Of a DNA stretch of 64,000 bases, positions 18,437-27,940 are shown piece by piece (within the stretch, counting starts at the first letter, position 1; each line of letters opens with the position of its first letter). Below the pieces are notes generated by a model that was not told the DNA's origin, did no database searches, and saw only the letters and a list, made by a program, of their open reading frames with translations. This stretch comes from Verrucomicrobiia bacterium (lineage in GTDB: Bacteria > Verrucomicrobiota > Verrucomicrobiia > Limisphaerales > DASXHY01). Where the stretch lies: the NCBI GenBank assembly GCA_035552155.1, contig DASZLX010000035.1, forward strand, positions 65,381-129,380. The letters are read 5' to 3'. Both the position numbers and the translations under genes were made by a program.

Positions 18437-18592
18437 TCAAGCCTCAGGCTTGGTTTTACGCAGCCCAGTAATCCGGTCCCCGTCTTTCCACTGGCCGCGT
18501 TTCTTGAGCAATTCCGTGCGCTCAAAACGCTTGAGCACATTCCGTTTGCCGCCCAGGGTGGCAGCCGCGCGCAGACTACGATGCTGTGACAT
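18437..18592 (-). CDS. small basic protein (51 aa)
   Basis: Hand translation gives MSQHRSLRAAATLGGKRNVLKRFERTELLKKRGQWKDGDRITGLRKTKPEA. It is below the 60-aa cutoff of the ORF track. It resembles the PVC 'small basic protein' family from memory. Confidence 0.55.
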   Translation of the reverse strand: MSQHRSLRAAATLGGKRNVLKRFERTELLKKRGQWKDGDRITGLRKTKPEA

Positions 18593-18761
18593 AAATTTCC
18601 AAATCGTTAAAATTGTCGGGCCGTTGACTCAACCCCAACCCGCTCCCAATCGAAGCGGACGGAGCATATAGCATAACCTCCGCCCGAAATCCAATGCTAA
18701 TTTCAGTCTTTTTACGACCGGAGAAAGCGGCTGAGGACCACCGGCGTTTGAACTGTTGCCT

Positions 18762-18795
18762 AAATAAAAAAACGCGAAGGCTTTCACCTTCGCGT
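18762..18795 (-). terminator. intrinsic terminator downstream of the glutaredoxin-like gene
   Basis: On the minus strand ACGCGAAGG-tgaaag-CCTTCGCGT (9-bp stem) is followed by TTTTTTTATTT. Confidence 0.8.
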
Positions 18796-18817
18796 TCCTG
18801 ACACTTTGTAAATCGAA

Positions 18818-19186
18818 TTACTTGCGGAATTGCAACGGCGCGCTCTGCGGCATCTCGTGAGCGCAGGGTTGGTTCGTCGGCGCATCGGCTTCGCGATTCA
18901 CCGGCTGCACCAGGCCTTTGGACAACATAAAAGCCTCGACTTCCTCCCCGCTGATGTCCGGCAGCATCTGGCCATCGATCTCCACGCAGGGACTGAGCAT
19001 CTGGCCGGTCTTCTCAATCATCTCCTGGCGCTGCATCGGGTCATTGATGATATCGCGATCTTCGAAGGGCAAATCGTATTTGCGCATCACGGCGCGCACG
19101 CCCTGGCTCCAGCCGCAGGTGGGTTTCAAATAGGCAATGATTTTCGGTTTATTCATAAAGTCGAGTTCAGGCCTGTAATTTGCCAT
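18818..19186 (-). CDS. glutaredoxin-like family protein
   Basis: Thioredoxin-fold pattern KIIAYLKPTCGWSQGV..SPCVEIDGQML. The start is ambiguous, at ATG 19186 or ATG 19156. Confidence 0.75.
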   Translation of the reverse strand: MANYRPELDFMNKPKIIAYLKPTCGWSQGVRAVMRKYDLPFEDRDIINDPMQRQEMIEKTGQMLSPCVEIDGQMLPDISGEEVEAFMLSKGLVQPVNREADAPTNQPCAHEMPQSAPLQFRK

Positions 19187-19264
19187 AACCTCAGGATTTA
19201 GCAACCCGCTTCTCCATCGGAACTTGAAAAGAAAAACGAAGGAAAATCGAACGAAGCCGGATTA

Positions 19265-19327
19265 TCCGCAGATGACGCAGATTTTCGCCGATGTTTTTAA
19301 TCTGCGCTCATCCGCGAAATCTGCGGA
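19265..19327. repeat. ATCTGCG-unit palindromic element
   Basis: TCCGCAGATgacGCAGATT ... AATCTGCGCtcatccgcgaAATCTGCGGA. Located in the divergent region between the glutaredoxin-like and HTH-MBL genes. Confidence 0.8.
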
Positions 19328-19411
19328 CTGCCTTTCTCCGTTCCCTCCTGTTCAACCAGCCGGCGCGATTGAAAAGCTTGAACTCCCACTCTCGCCCGGT
19401 AACGTCTCCGC

Positions 19412-20233
19412 ATGAATCTTGAAGATCATTTGGGCGACATCGTGCGCAAAGCGCGAGCGATGGCAGGTGTTTCCGCCGCCGATGCCGCGCGCGCAGCCGG
19501 CTTGAGCGAAGCCGAATATTCCACATTGGAAGAATCCGGCACGTCCTCCGGCAAAATAAAATTTACCGAACTCGGCTCTCTGCTGGGCTTGAACGCCGCC
19601 AAACTCGAAGGCATCGCCAAAGGCTGGTTGCCCTCGCCCAAAGATTTGAGCGTCTGGCGCGAACTGCGGCACATCAGCACCACCGAAAGCGGCACCGAGG
19701 TGCATTGCTATTTGATCTGGGACGAAGTCACCCGCGAAGCCGCGCTGTTCGACACCGGCTGGGACGCCGCGCCCATCTTGAAAATAGTCGAAGCGGAACA
19801 GCTTCAACTCAAGCACCTCTTCATCACGCACGCGCATCGCGATCACGTAATGGGGATGGAAAAGATTCGCGAAGTCTTTCCCAAAATTTTCCTGCATAGC
19901 GATTCCAAAACCGCGCTGCCCCAGCACAAGAATCGCCGCAACGACCACATCCACCTCGGCAGCCTGCGCATCACCAATCGCGAAACCCCCGGCCACGCCG
20001 AAGACGGCGTCACCTATGTCGTCGGCAACTGGTCGGAAGACGCGCCCTACGTCGCCATCGTGGGCGACACCCTCTTCGCCGGCTCGATGGGCGGCGCCGC
20101 GCAAAACGGCGCCCTCGCCAAACAAAAAATCCGCGACCAGATTTTAACCCTGCCGCCCGACACCTTGATTTGCCCCGGCCACGGTCCCCTCACGACCGTC
20201 GCCGAAGAGAAAGCACACAATCCGTTTTTCTGA
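19412..20233 (+). CDS. XRE-type HTH domain fused to MBL-fold metallo-hydrolase
   Basis: N-terminal HTH-like LGDIVRKARAMAGVSAADAARAAGLSEAEYSTLE. MBL motif THAHRDH, then GHAEDG and CPGHGP (glyoxalase II-like). Confidence 0.85.
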   Translation: MNLEDHLGDIVRKARAMAGVSAADAARAAGLSEAEYSTLEESGTSSGKIKFTELGSLLGLNAAKLEGIAKGWLPSPKDLSVWRELRHISTTESGTEVHCYLIWDEVTREAALFDTGWDAAPILKIVEAEQLQLKHLFITHAHRDHVMGMEKIREVFPKIFLHSDSKTALPQHKNRRNDHIHLGSLRITNRETPGHAEDGVTYVVGNWSEDAPYVAIVGDTLFAGSMGGAAQNGALAKQKIRDQILTLPPDTLICPGHGPLTTVAEEKAHNPFF

Positions 20234-20393
20234 TTCGCACTGTTTTGGCGGTCATTGAAGGCTATTCAACGCAGCGTGGCGAAAATGCGAGCGAGAGAAA
20301 CCCTTATACTCCAATACCATACACAAATTTCTTATTTGACACATTTCCGCCACAGCGGCTAGTTTCCACATTTAGGATAAAGGGATTGCAACT

Positions 20394-21236
20394 ATGATTG
20401 GAAAATCGCCCGCCCACGGTCATGCCTGCCCGGAACGTCTCGTGACTGCGCTCAAAAGCGCGCTCGCCTTGACCTTCAGCCTCGTTGTTTGCGCAACGAG
20501 TCATGCTCAATTGACCACTGTCGCTTATGATGGCTTCAACTACAGCAGCGGTTCGTTGGTGGGAGCGAACGGCGGAACTGGCTGGACCAGTTCCTGGATC
20601 AATGATTACACCTCCGGCGCGACATTTCAGGTGAGCGGGACGGGAATGTCCTATTCCGGCCTTGCCACCAGCGGCGGCAGCCTCGTTTGGGGCTCCGGCG
20701 GCAACGGAATCAGCGAAGATTCCCGGTCCCTTCCGCTAATGGACAGCGGCGTGGTCTATCTTCAATTTCTGAGTCAATTCGGTTCCACCAGCGGCGGAGG
20801 CACTCCCAACATCCGTCTTTTGAATTCCGGCTCATTGACCGGCGGGTTTGGCGGCAACGGCGGAACTCACGGGTCCGTGATGTCCATTCTCGATGCCTCG
20901 CTTAGCGCCGCCGCCAACGGCTCCTCCTCCAGTTCCGCGAGTCTATCGGCTCTAACCTTTGTCATCGCCCGCATTGATTATCAAAACGATTCCACCTCCC
21001 TGTGGGTCAATCCGAACGCCACCACCTTTGACTACCAAAATCCTACGTCGCCCAATGCCACCTATGCCGGCCTCGCGCCCAAATTCAACACCATTGCCAT
21101 CGACTCCCGAAGCCCCGCCAACGTGGACGAAATCACGGTGATGACAGTTCCCGAACCAGCGTCTGCTTCACTTCTGGCCCTGGGCGCTTTTCTCCTGTAT
21201 CGGCGGCGGACTGCAAAATCGCAGCGCACTGAGTAA
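20394..21236 (+). CDS. PEP-CTERM sorting domain-containing secreted protein
   Basis: Signal peptide ending HAQ, a Gly/Ser-rich body, and the C-terminal VPEPASASLLALGAFLLYRRR motif. Confidence 0.85.
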   Translation: MIGKSPAHGHACPERLVTALKSALALTFSLVVCATSHAQLTTVAYDGFNYSSGSLVGANGGTGWTSSWINDYTSGATFQVSGTGMSYSGLATSGGSLVWGSGGNGISEDSRSLPLMDSGVVYLQFLSQFGSTSGGGTPNIRLLNSGSLTGGFGGNGGTHGSVMSILDASLSAAANGSSSSSASLSALTFVIARIDYQNDSTSLWVNPNATTFDYQNPTSPNATYAGLAPKFNTIAIDSRSPANVDEITVMTVPEPASASLLALGAFLLYRRRTAKSQRTE

Positions 21237-21265
21237 GGTCCCGGACAGCTCGCACCTCAAAATTT

Positions 21266-21307
21266 GAGCAATATTTCAGCCGGTGTCCCTCACTTCCTGT
21301 CGCACCC
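21266..21307 (+). repeat. 3'-terminal remnant of the MITE-like element
   Basis: GCAATATTTCAGCCGGTGTCCCTCACTTCCTGTCGCACCC matches the right end of copy 1 (CAAATAATTCCAGCCACTATCCCTCACTTCCTGTCGCACCC). Confidence 0.55.
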
Positions 21308-21351
21308 ACTCGCCGTTTGCTTGACCCGAGCCGTCATTGGACCTAACGTTT

Positions 21352-21470
21352 CCGTTATCACCGGGGAGCCAACCGGCGTCGGCAGTGCCGGCGCGAAGGC
21401 TGAGAGTGCTGTGCGGGAGCGCAACAGACCCATGAACCTGATCCAGATAATGCTGGCGTAGGAACTCCTT
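21352..21470 (+). promoter_or_regulatory. TPP (THI-box) riboswitch aptamer
   Basis: Conserved elements GGGGAGC, CUGAGA (21400..21405) and ACCCAUGAACCUGAUCCAGAUAAUGCUGGCGUAGGAA. Located ~130 nt upstream of thiC. Confidence 0.85.
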
Positions 21471-21481
21471 GCGCTCCTTGC

Positions 21482-21552
21482 GGAGGGCCACCACAGCCGA
21501 GCCTCACACGGGCGAGTGCTGGGCGTGGCGGAACTCCTCCAGCATTTTCTTT
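21482..21552 (+). terminator. putative riboswitch expression-platform terminator
   Basis: Imperfect hairpin in which GGAGGGCCACCACAGC pairs with GCTGGGCGTGGC..CCTCC, followed by AGCAUUUUCUUUC. GGAACTCCT occurs both at the aptamer 3' end (21461) and in the 3' arm (21530). Confidence 0.4.
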
Positions 21553-21584
21553 CAGCGAGAGGTCTCTCAACTCTCAACTAATAG

Positions 21585-23585
<2,001 letters not shown>

Positions 23586-23630
23586 CGCTCGACTCGGAAT
23601 TCAAAACTCCAAACTCGCAGCCATTTCAGT

Positions 23631-23660
23631 GGTAGGGCTGTCGCTGCCGCGCAGCCCCAA
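23631..23660 (+). repeat. REP-like GTAG + hairpin downstream of thiC
   Basis: GGTAGGGCTGTCGCTGCCGCGCAGCCCC has the same architecture as the RAYT-flanking REPs, with one bulge. Confidence 0.7.
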
Positions 23661-24087
23661 TTTTCTCCGCGCCCAACGCGGCATACTGACGACGCCAAAG
23701 GTGTCGCGGAAATTAGCCCGGGGTTGCCCGATTCCGAGAGGGCTACCCCGGGACCGATGCCCTTCAACCCATCACTTTCGCGCGCAGCGCGGCGAGCAAA
23801 GCGAGTATCCACAATCACCCAAGTCGCAGAAAACGAAATCATTTCGCATCTAACGCAAGCCGTTTTTTTCTAGCGCGTTATACATAAAGAAGTTCACCCA
23901 CCTTTTCCCCCCAAAAACCTTACCGTAAGTTTTTCCGCAATCCGCATTCGTGTTAAAAAACCCGAATGAAACGGAGCCTGTATGCGTATGTAGCAGCGTT
24001 CTGTGAACGCCGTCCTCTCCATCTCTGCGCTCTCTGTGCCTTTGTGGCTAACTAACATGAAAACCCGCATCGGGAAAATCGCCCGCC

Positions 24088-24936
24088 TCACTTCACCAAC
24101 GCCGCCGATTCGCTATAAACCCGCGCCACCGTTTCCATCGTCGGCCGCTGGTCCGGATTCTTCTCCAGGCAGGCCATGATGATCTCCGCCGTATTGCGCA
24201 GCAGATTATGTCCCGGCTCCAGCGGAGGTGCAGGATTGCCCTCGTGAATCGCCCGTTCGATTTCCGCGAGCGTGCCGTCGAACGGATATTTTCCCGTGTA
24301 CGCGTAATAAGCCGTGACGCCAAAGGCGAAGACATCGCCTTTGAATCCGCGCGTGAAATCTCCATTCCATTTCTCCGGCGCGGAATAGAGCGCGGTGCCC
24401 TTCGGCGCTTCCTTCTTGTCCGTGATGAACGCCGGCAGCTTTCCCTCAAAGTATGCGTGCGAAAAATCAATCAACAACGTTTCATCCGGCGCTGCCACCG
24501 GCACCAGCACGTTGCCGCTTTTCAAATCATTGTGAACGAGCGGATCCCCGCAGAAAATGCCCGCGTGCATATCTGCGACGGTCTCCGCGAGACTCTGCAG
24601 CAAACCATGCACGCGGCCCGGATCGTTCCGCATGAGTCCTTTGCGCACCAGTTCCTCCAATGTTTCCGCTTCGATATATTCCAGGAACAGGCGGTGCGTG
24701 TCGGGTTCGTAAGCCAGTTTGCGGCGAATGCGCGGGTGGGTCACCGAATCCAACACGGATGCCTCATTCGCAATGAACACCCCGTCCCAGAAATTCGCCG
24801 GCTCCTTGAGCAATGCGGGATACGGATTCCGCTCAAACTTCACCAACGCCAATTTCGAGACGCGGGACCGTACCGCAAGCGGCTCCTGCTCTTTGATGGT
24901 TCGTAGGTTCACCAATGGATGCTGTGCGCACAGCAC
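24088..24936 (-). CDS. stand-alone protein kinase-like protein (atypical Ser/Thr kinase fold)
   Basis: Catalytic loop VHNDLKSGNVLV, DFS in place of DFG (LIDFSHAY), APE motif (YSAPEKW), DVFAFGVTAY. No Gly-rich loop recognisable. GTG start at 24936 is uncertain. Confidence 0.72.
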   Translation of the reverse strand: MLCAQHPLVNLRTIKEQEPLAVRSRVSKLALVKFERNPYPALLKEPANFWDGVFIANEASVLDSVTHPRIRRKLAYEPDTHRLFLEYIEAETLEELVRKGLMRNDPGRVHGLLQSLAETVADMHAGIFCGDPLVHNDLKSGNVLVPVAAPDETLLIDFSHAYFEGKLPAFITDKKEAPKGTALYSAPEKWNGDFTRGFKGDVFAFGVTAYYAYTGKYPFDGTLAEIERAIHEGNPAPPLEPGHNLLRNTAEIIMACLEKNPDQRPTMETVARVYSESAALVK

Positions 24937-25107
24937 TCGCAGAAACCATGACCACGGTCAAGTGATGAATCCCGCGTCAATGCAATCGTTTACCCGGCGG
25001 CCATACAAAATCTCGCTGGAAATGTCCCTACTCCAATCAGTGGAACAACCTCAACAAATCCTGTTGCCGGATCCCCGGCCCAATCCTAAGTTCTTACATA
25101 GCCACCT

Positions 25108-25914
25108 ATGCAAACACAACTGCGCCTCTTGATTTCGCTGCTGGTGTTTTTGGGCTCGCTCGCGCGCGGAGCGACCACCAACAGGTTTGAGCACATTTCA
25201 CTTACCGTGGATGGCGTCGCGCGCACGGCGCTGGTTTACGCCCCCACCAATGCCACCCTCACCAGCACGCCGGTGGTGTTTGTCTTTCATGGTCACGGTG
25301 GCTCGGCGGAAAATGCGGCCAGCAAGTTCGCCCTGGACCGCGAATGGCCCCAGGCCATTTCCGTTTACATGCAAGGCCTGGACACTCCCGGCCAGCTCAC
25401 CGATCCGCAAGGTCAACTCCCCGGCTGGCAGGCCGCCGTCGGCGACCAGGGCGATCGCGACCTCAAATTCTTCGACGCCATGCTCGCGCGCCTGCAGCAC
25501 GACTACAAGGTGGACGCCCGGCGAATTTATTGCACCGGCCATTCCAACGGCGGCGGGTTTACCTATTTGCTTTGGCTCACGCGCGGAAACGTATTCGCCG
25601 CGGTCGCTCCTTCCGCGGCGGCGGCGGGGTATGTGACTCAGCTCACGCCCAAACCCGCGATGATCATCGGCGGGCTGGACGATCCGCTGGTGAAAACCGC
25701 CTGGCAAACATTCACAATGGAGATCGTGCGCCGGGTCAACGGCTGCACGCTCGGCGGCGAAGTTTGGGACCACCAATGCACCCTATATCCCCCCCCGCGC
25801 GGCACGCCGCTCGTCACCTTTCTCTATCCCGGCGGCCACGAATTCAATCCCGCCGCGCCGCCATTGATCGTGAAATTCTTCAAGCAACATCCCGCCGAAG
25901 AATTCGTTCATTAA
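25108..25914 (+). CDS. secreted alpha/beta hydrolase (PHB depolymerase/feruloyl esterase-like)
   Basis: Signal peptide, VVFVFHGHGGSAE, and nucleophile elbow GHSNGG. Confidence 0.8.
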   Translation: MQTQLRLLISLLVFLGSLARGATTNRFEHISLTVDGVARTALVYAPTNATLTSTPVVFVFHGHGGSAENAASKFALDREWPQAISVYMQGLDTPGQLTDPQGQLPGWQAAVGDQGDRDLKFFDAMLARLQHDYKVDARRIYCTGHSNGGGFTYLLWLTRGNVFAAVAPSAAAAGYVTQLTPKPAMIIGGLDDPLVKTAWQTFTMEIVRRVNGCTLGGEVWDHQCTLYPPPRGTPLVTFLYPGGHEFNPAAPPLIVKFFKQHPAEEFVH

Positions 25915-26026
25915 ACAACGCTCTCAAAGAGAGTGGTGAAACCTTTCAATCCTTTGCGTTTAATATCCTCTGAACCGTTGCGCCTGAAGAGTTGAATCAA
26001 AATCGCGTTTCCCACATCATTGCCCC

Positions 26027-26482
26027 GTGCCACCATCGTTCGCCAAAATTCTCGTGCATGCCGTGTTCTCCACGAAGGAACGCCGCCCATTCCTCCAGGA
26101 CAAAATTATCCGCGAAGAATTGCAACTTTACCTTGTCGGCATCCTGGCCAGCCTCGAATGCCAGCCGCTCATCGTCGGCGGCACCGCCGACCACGTTCAC
26201 ATTCTGTCGACCCTGTCCGGCACGTGTGAGGCGGCAGCGATGGTCAAGGAAGTGAAACGCGGCTCGGCCTCGTGGCTGAAAACTAAAAACGCGGCCTTGA
26301 AAGAGTTCGCGTGGCAGAATGGCTACGGGATTTTCTCGATCGGCTTTTCGCAGATGAAATCGGCGCGCGATTATATTGCCCGCCAGGAAGCGCATCATCG
26401 CAAGATTTCCTTTCAGGATGAATTCCGCCAGTTGTTGCGCCGTTATGAAATCGAATTCGACGAAAAGTCCGTGTGGGATTGA
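26027..26482 (+). CDS. IS200/IS605-like Y1 (HUH) transposase family protein, solitary
   Basis: KILVHAVFSTKERRPFL, HUH motif ADHVHIL, and C-terminal YIARQEAHH. GTG start. No flanking hairpin repeats noticed. Confidence 0.85.
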   Translation: MPPSFAKILVHAVFSTKERRPFLQDKIIREELQLYLVGILASLECQPLIVGGTADHVHILSTLSGTCEAAAMVKEVKRGSASWLKTKNAALKEFAWQNGYGIFSIGFSQMKSARDYIARQEAHHRKISFQDEFRQLLRRYEIEFDEKSVWD

Positions 26483-26559
26483 TTCCACTCCTTTCCAGCA
26501 AACGATTTAATCCCTTCGGAATAATTTCCGCCGGTTAAAAATGCAGCCCATCTTGCCAC

Positions 26560-26589
26560 TTGACATGCAACCATTTGGTTGCATATTGT
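26560..26589 (+). promoter_or_regulatory. sigma70-like promoter overlapping a palindromic ArsR-type operator
   Basis: TTGACA at 26560..26565. Perfect inverted repeat ATGCAACCA-TT-TGGTTGCAT at 26565..26584. TATTGT at 26584..26589. All lie just upstream of the ArsR-family gene. Confidence 0.6.
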
Positions 26590-26597
26590 TAGGTGTG

Positions 26598-26912
26598 ATG
26601 AATGCAGTGTTCAAGGCATTGGCTGATGGCAGCCGTCGAAAGTTGCTCGACCGGTTGTTTAAGAGCAACGGGCAGACGTTGGGCGAGCTTTGCGAACATC
26701 TCGATATGACCCGGCAGGCGGTGACGAAGCATCTGGTGTTGCTGGAAAAAGCGAACCTGGTGTCGGTGGTCTGGCGCGGGCGCGAGAAACTGCACTATCT
26801 GAATCCGGTGCCGTTGCACGAGATCTACGAGCGTTGGATTGGCAAATTCGAAGGCCCACGCCTCCAGGCGTTGAGCGATTTGAAAAAGGTTCTCGAAAAC
26901 AAAAAGGAATAA
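26598..26912 (+). CDS. ArsR/SmtB family transcriptional regulator
   Basis: FKALADGSRRKLLDRL..LGELCEHLDMTRQAVTKHLVLLEKANLV winged-HTH pattern. Start at MNAVFKAL. Confidence 0.9.
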   Translation: MNAVFKALADGSRRKLLDRLFKSNGQTLGELCEHLDMTRQAVTKHLVLLEKANLVSVVWRGREKLHYLNPVPLHEIYERWIGKFEGPRLQALSDLKKVLENKKE

Positions 26913-26916
26913 CATC

Positions 26917-27354
26917 ATGCAAAAACCGAAGCTGGTTTACACGACCTACATTCGTTCCACGCCGAAAAAGACCTGGGACGCCATCACCAAACCCGAATTC
27001 ACCCGCCAATACTGGGGCGGAATGGTGAATGTTTCCGATTGGAAAAAAGGGTCGACCTGGCAACACCTGGCCAAGGACGACGACGCCTGGATCACCGGCA
27101 AGGTGTTGGAGAGCGCCGCCACCAGCCGCCTCGTGGTGACCTGGGCGGATCCGGACAAACTCAAAGACGAATCGCGCGTCACTTTCGAAATTGAAGCCGT
27201 CGAAGACATGGTGTGCCTCACAGTCACGCACGGCAGCTTCAAGACGGGCTCAAAGATGGCCGGCAAAGTCGCCCGGGGTTGGCCGCTCGTGCTTTCCAGC
27301 TTGAAAACATTCCTCGAAACCGGAACGGGCCTCAACGCCTTTTGCCGCTCATGA
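26917..27354 (+). CDS. SRPBCC (Aha1/AHSA1-like) domain protein
   Basis: 145 aa. TPKKTWDAITKPEFTRQYW..GWPLVLSSLKTFLETG is typical of ArsR-linked SRPBCC proteins. Confidence 0.85.
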   Translation: MQKPKLVYTTYIRSTPKKTWDAITKPEFTRQYWGGMVNVSDWKKGSTWQHLAKDDDAWITGKVLESAATSRLVVTWADPDKLKDESRVTFEIEAVEDMVCLTVTHGSFKTGSKMAGKVARGWPLVLSSLKTFLETGTGLNAFCRS

Positions 27355-27373
27355 CGAACCACTAGAAAGGATA

Positions 27374-27874
27374 ATGATTATGGAAAAAGTTGAATTCGTT
27401 TATGCGGCGTTCATTCGAACGACGCCGGAAAAACTCTGGCAAGCGCTCACGAGCGGAGATTTCAGCGAGAAATATTGGTTCGGGTTCCGCTTCGAGGTGG
27501 AATTGAAGCTGGGCGGCAAGGTGCGGATTATTCCGCCGAAAGGCATGGAGGAACATGGGGATCACGCGGGCGAAGTCCTGGCCTGCGAGCCGTATCGCAA
27601 ACTGACGTATACCTGGAACGTGAAGGATCAACCCGAACTCGCCAAAAAACGCGATGGTCTTTCGCGCGTGACCTACGAACTCACACCCATGGGACAGCAC
27701 GTGAAGCTCCGGCTGATCCACGAAAACCTGTTGCCCGAAGACGTGGAGAAAAATCCCAATACATTCAAGGGCATCAACAATGGCTGGCCGGCGGTCATCA
27801 GCAGCTTGAAGAGCCTGCTCGAGACAGGCGAGGCGATAGCGTTGGCACCGGATTGTTCGAGCAATCCCAAATGA
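27374..27874 (+). CDS. SRPBCC (Aha1/AHSA1-like) domain protein
   Basis: 166 aa. TPEKLWQALTSGDFSEKYW..GWPAVISSLKSLLETG. Paralog of the preceding gene. Confidence 0.85.
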   Translation: MIMEKVEFVYAAFIRTTPEKLWQALTSGDFSEKYWFGFRFEVELKLGGKVRIIPPKGMEEHGDHAGEVLACEPYRKLTYTWNVKDQPELAKKRDGLSRVTYELTPMGQHVKLRLIHENLLPEDVEKNPNTFKGINNGWPAVISSLKSLLETGEAIALAPDCSSNPK

Positions 27875-27940
27875 GATTCAAAATCACCCGCGAAAAGTTG
27901 AGCGCGCAAGGTTCCCTCGCGCGCTCAACTTCGGAAAACT

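Noticed and set aside
19352-20125. 257-aa ORF antisense to the HTH-MBL gene
   Set aside because: The sense strand has clear MBL motifs. The antisense product is low-complexity Gly/Ala/Phe.
23894-24091. 65-aa ORF overlapping the kinase stop by 4 nt
   Set aside because: It lies in repeat-rich DNA with no recognisable family or coding periodicity. It is kept as non-coding, with low certainty.
24056-24178. Plus-strand peptide MKTRIGKIARL.., reminiscent of Mu gp27/DUF3486-like N-termini
   Set aside because: Only about 11 residues of remembered similarity. The frame continues antisense to the kinase C-terminus and ends after 40 codons, so the evidence is insufficient.
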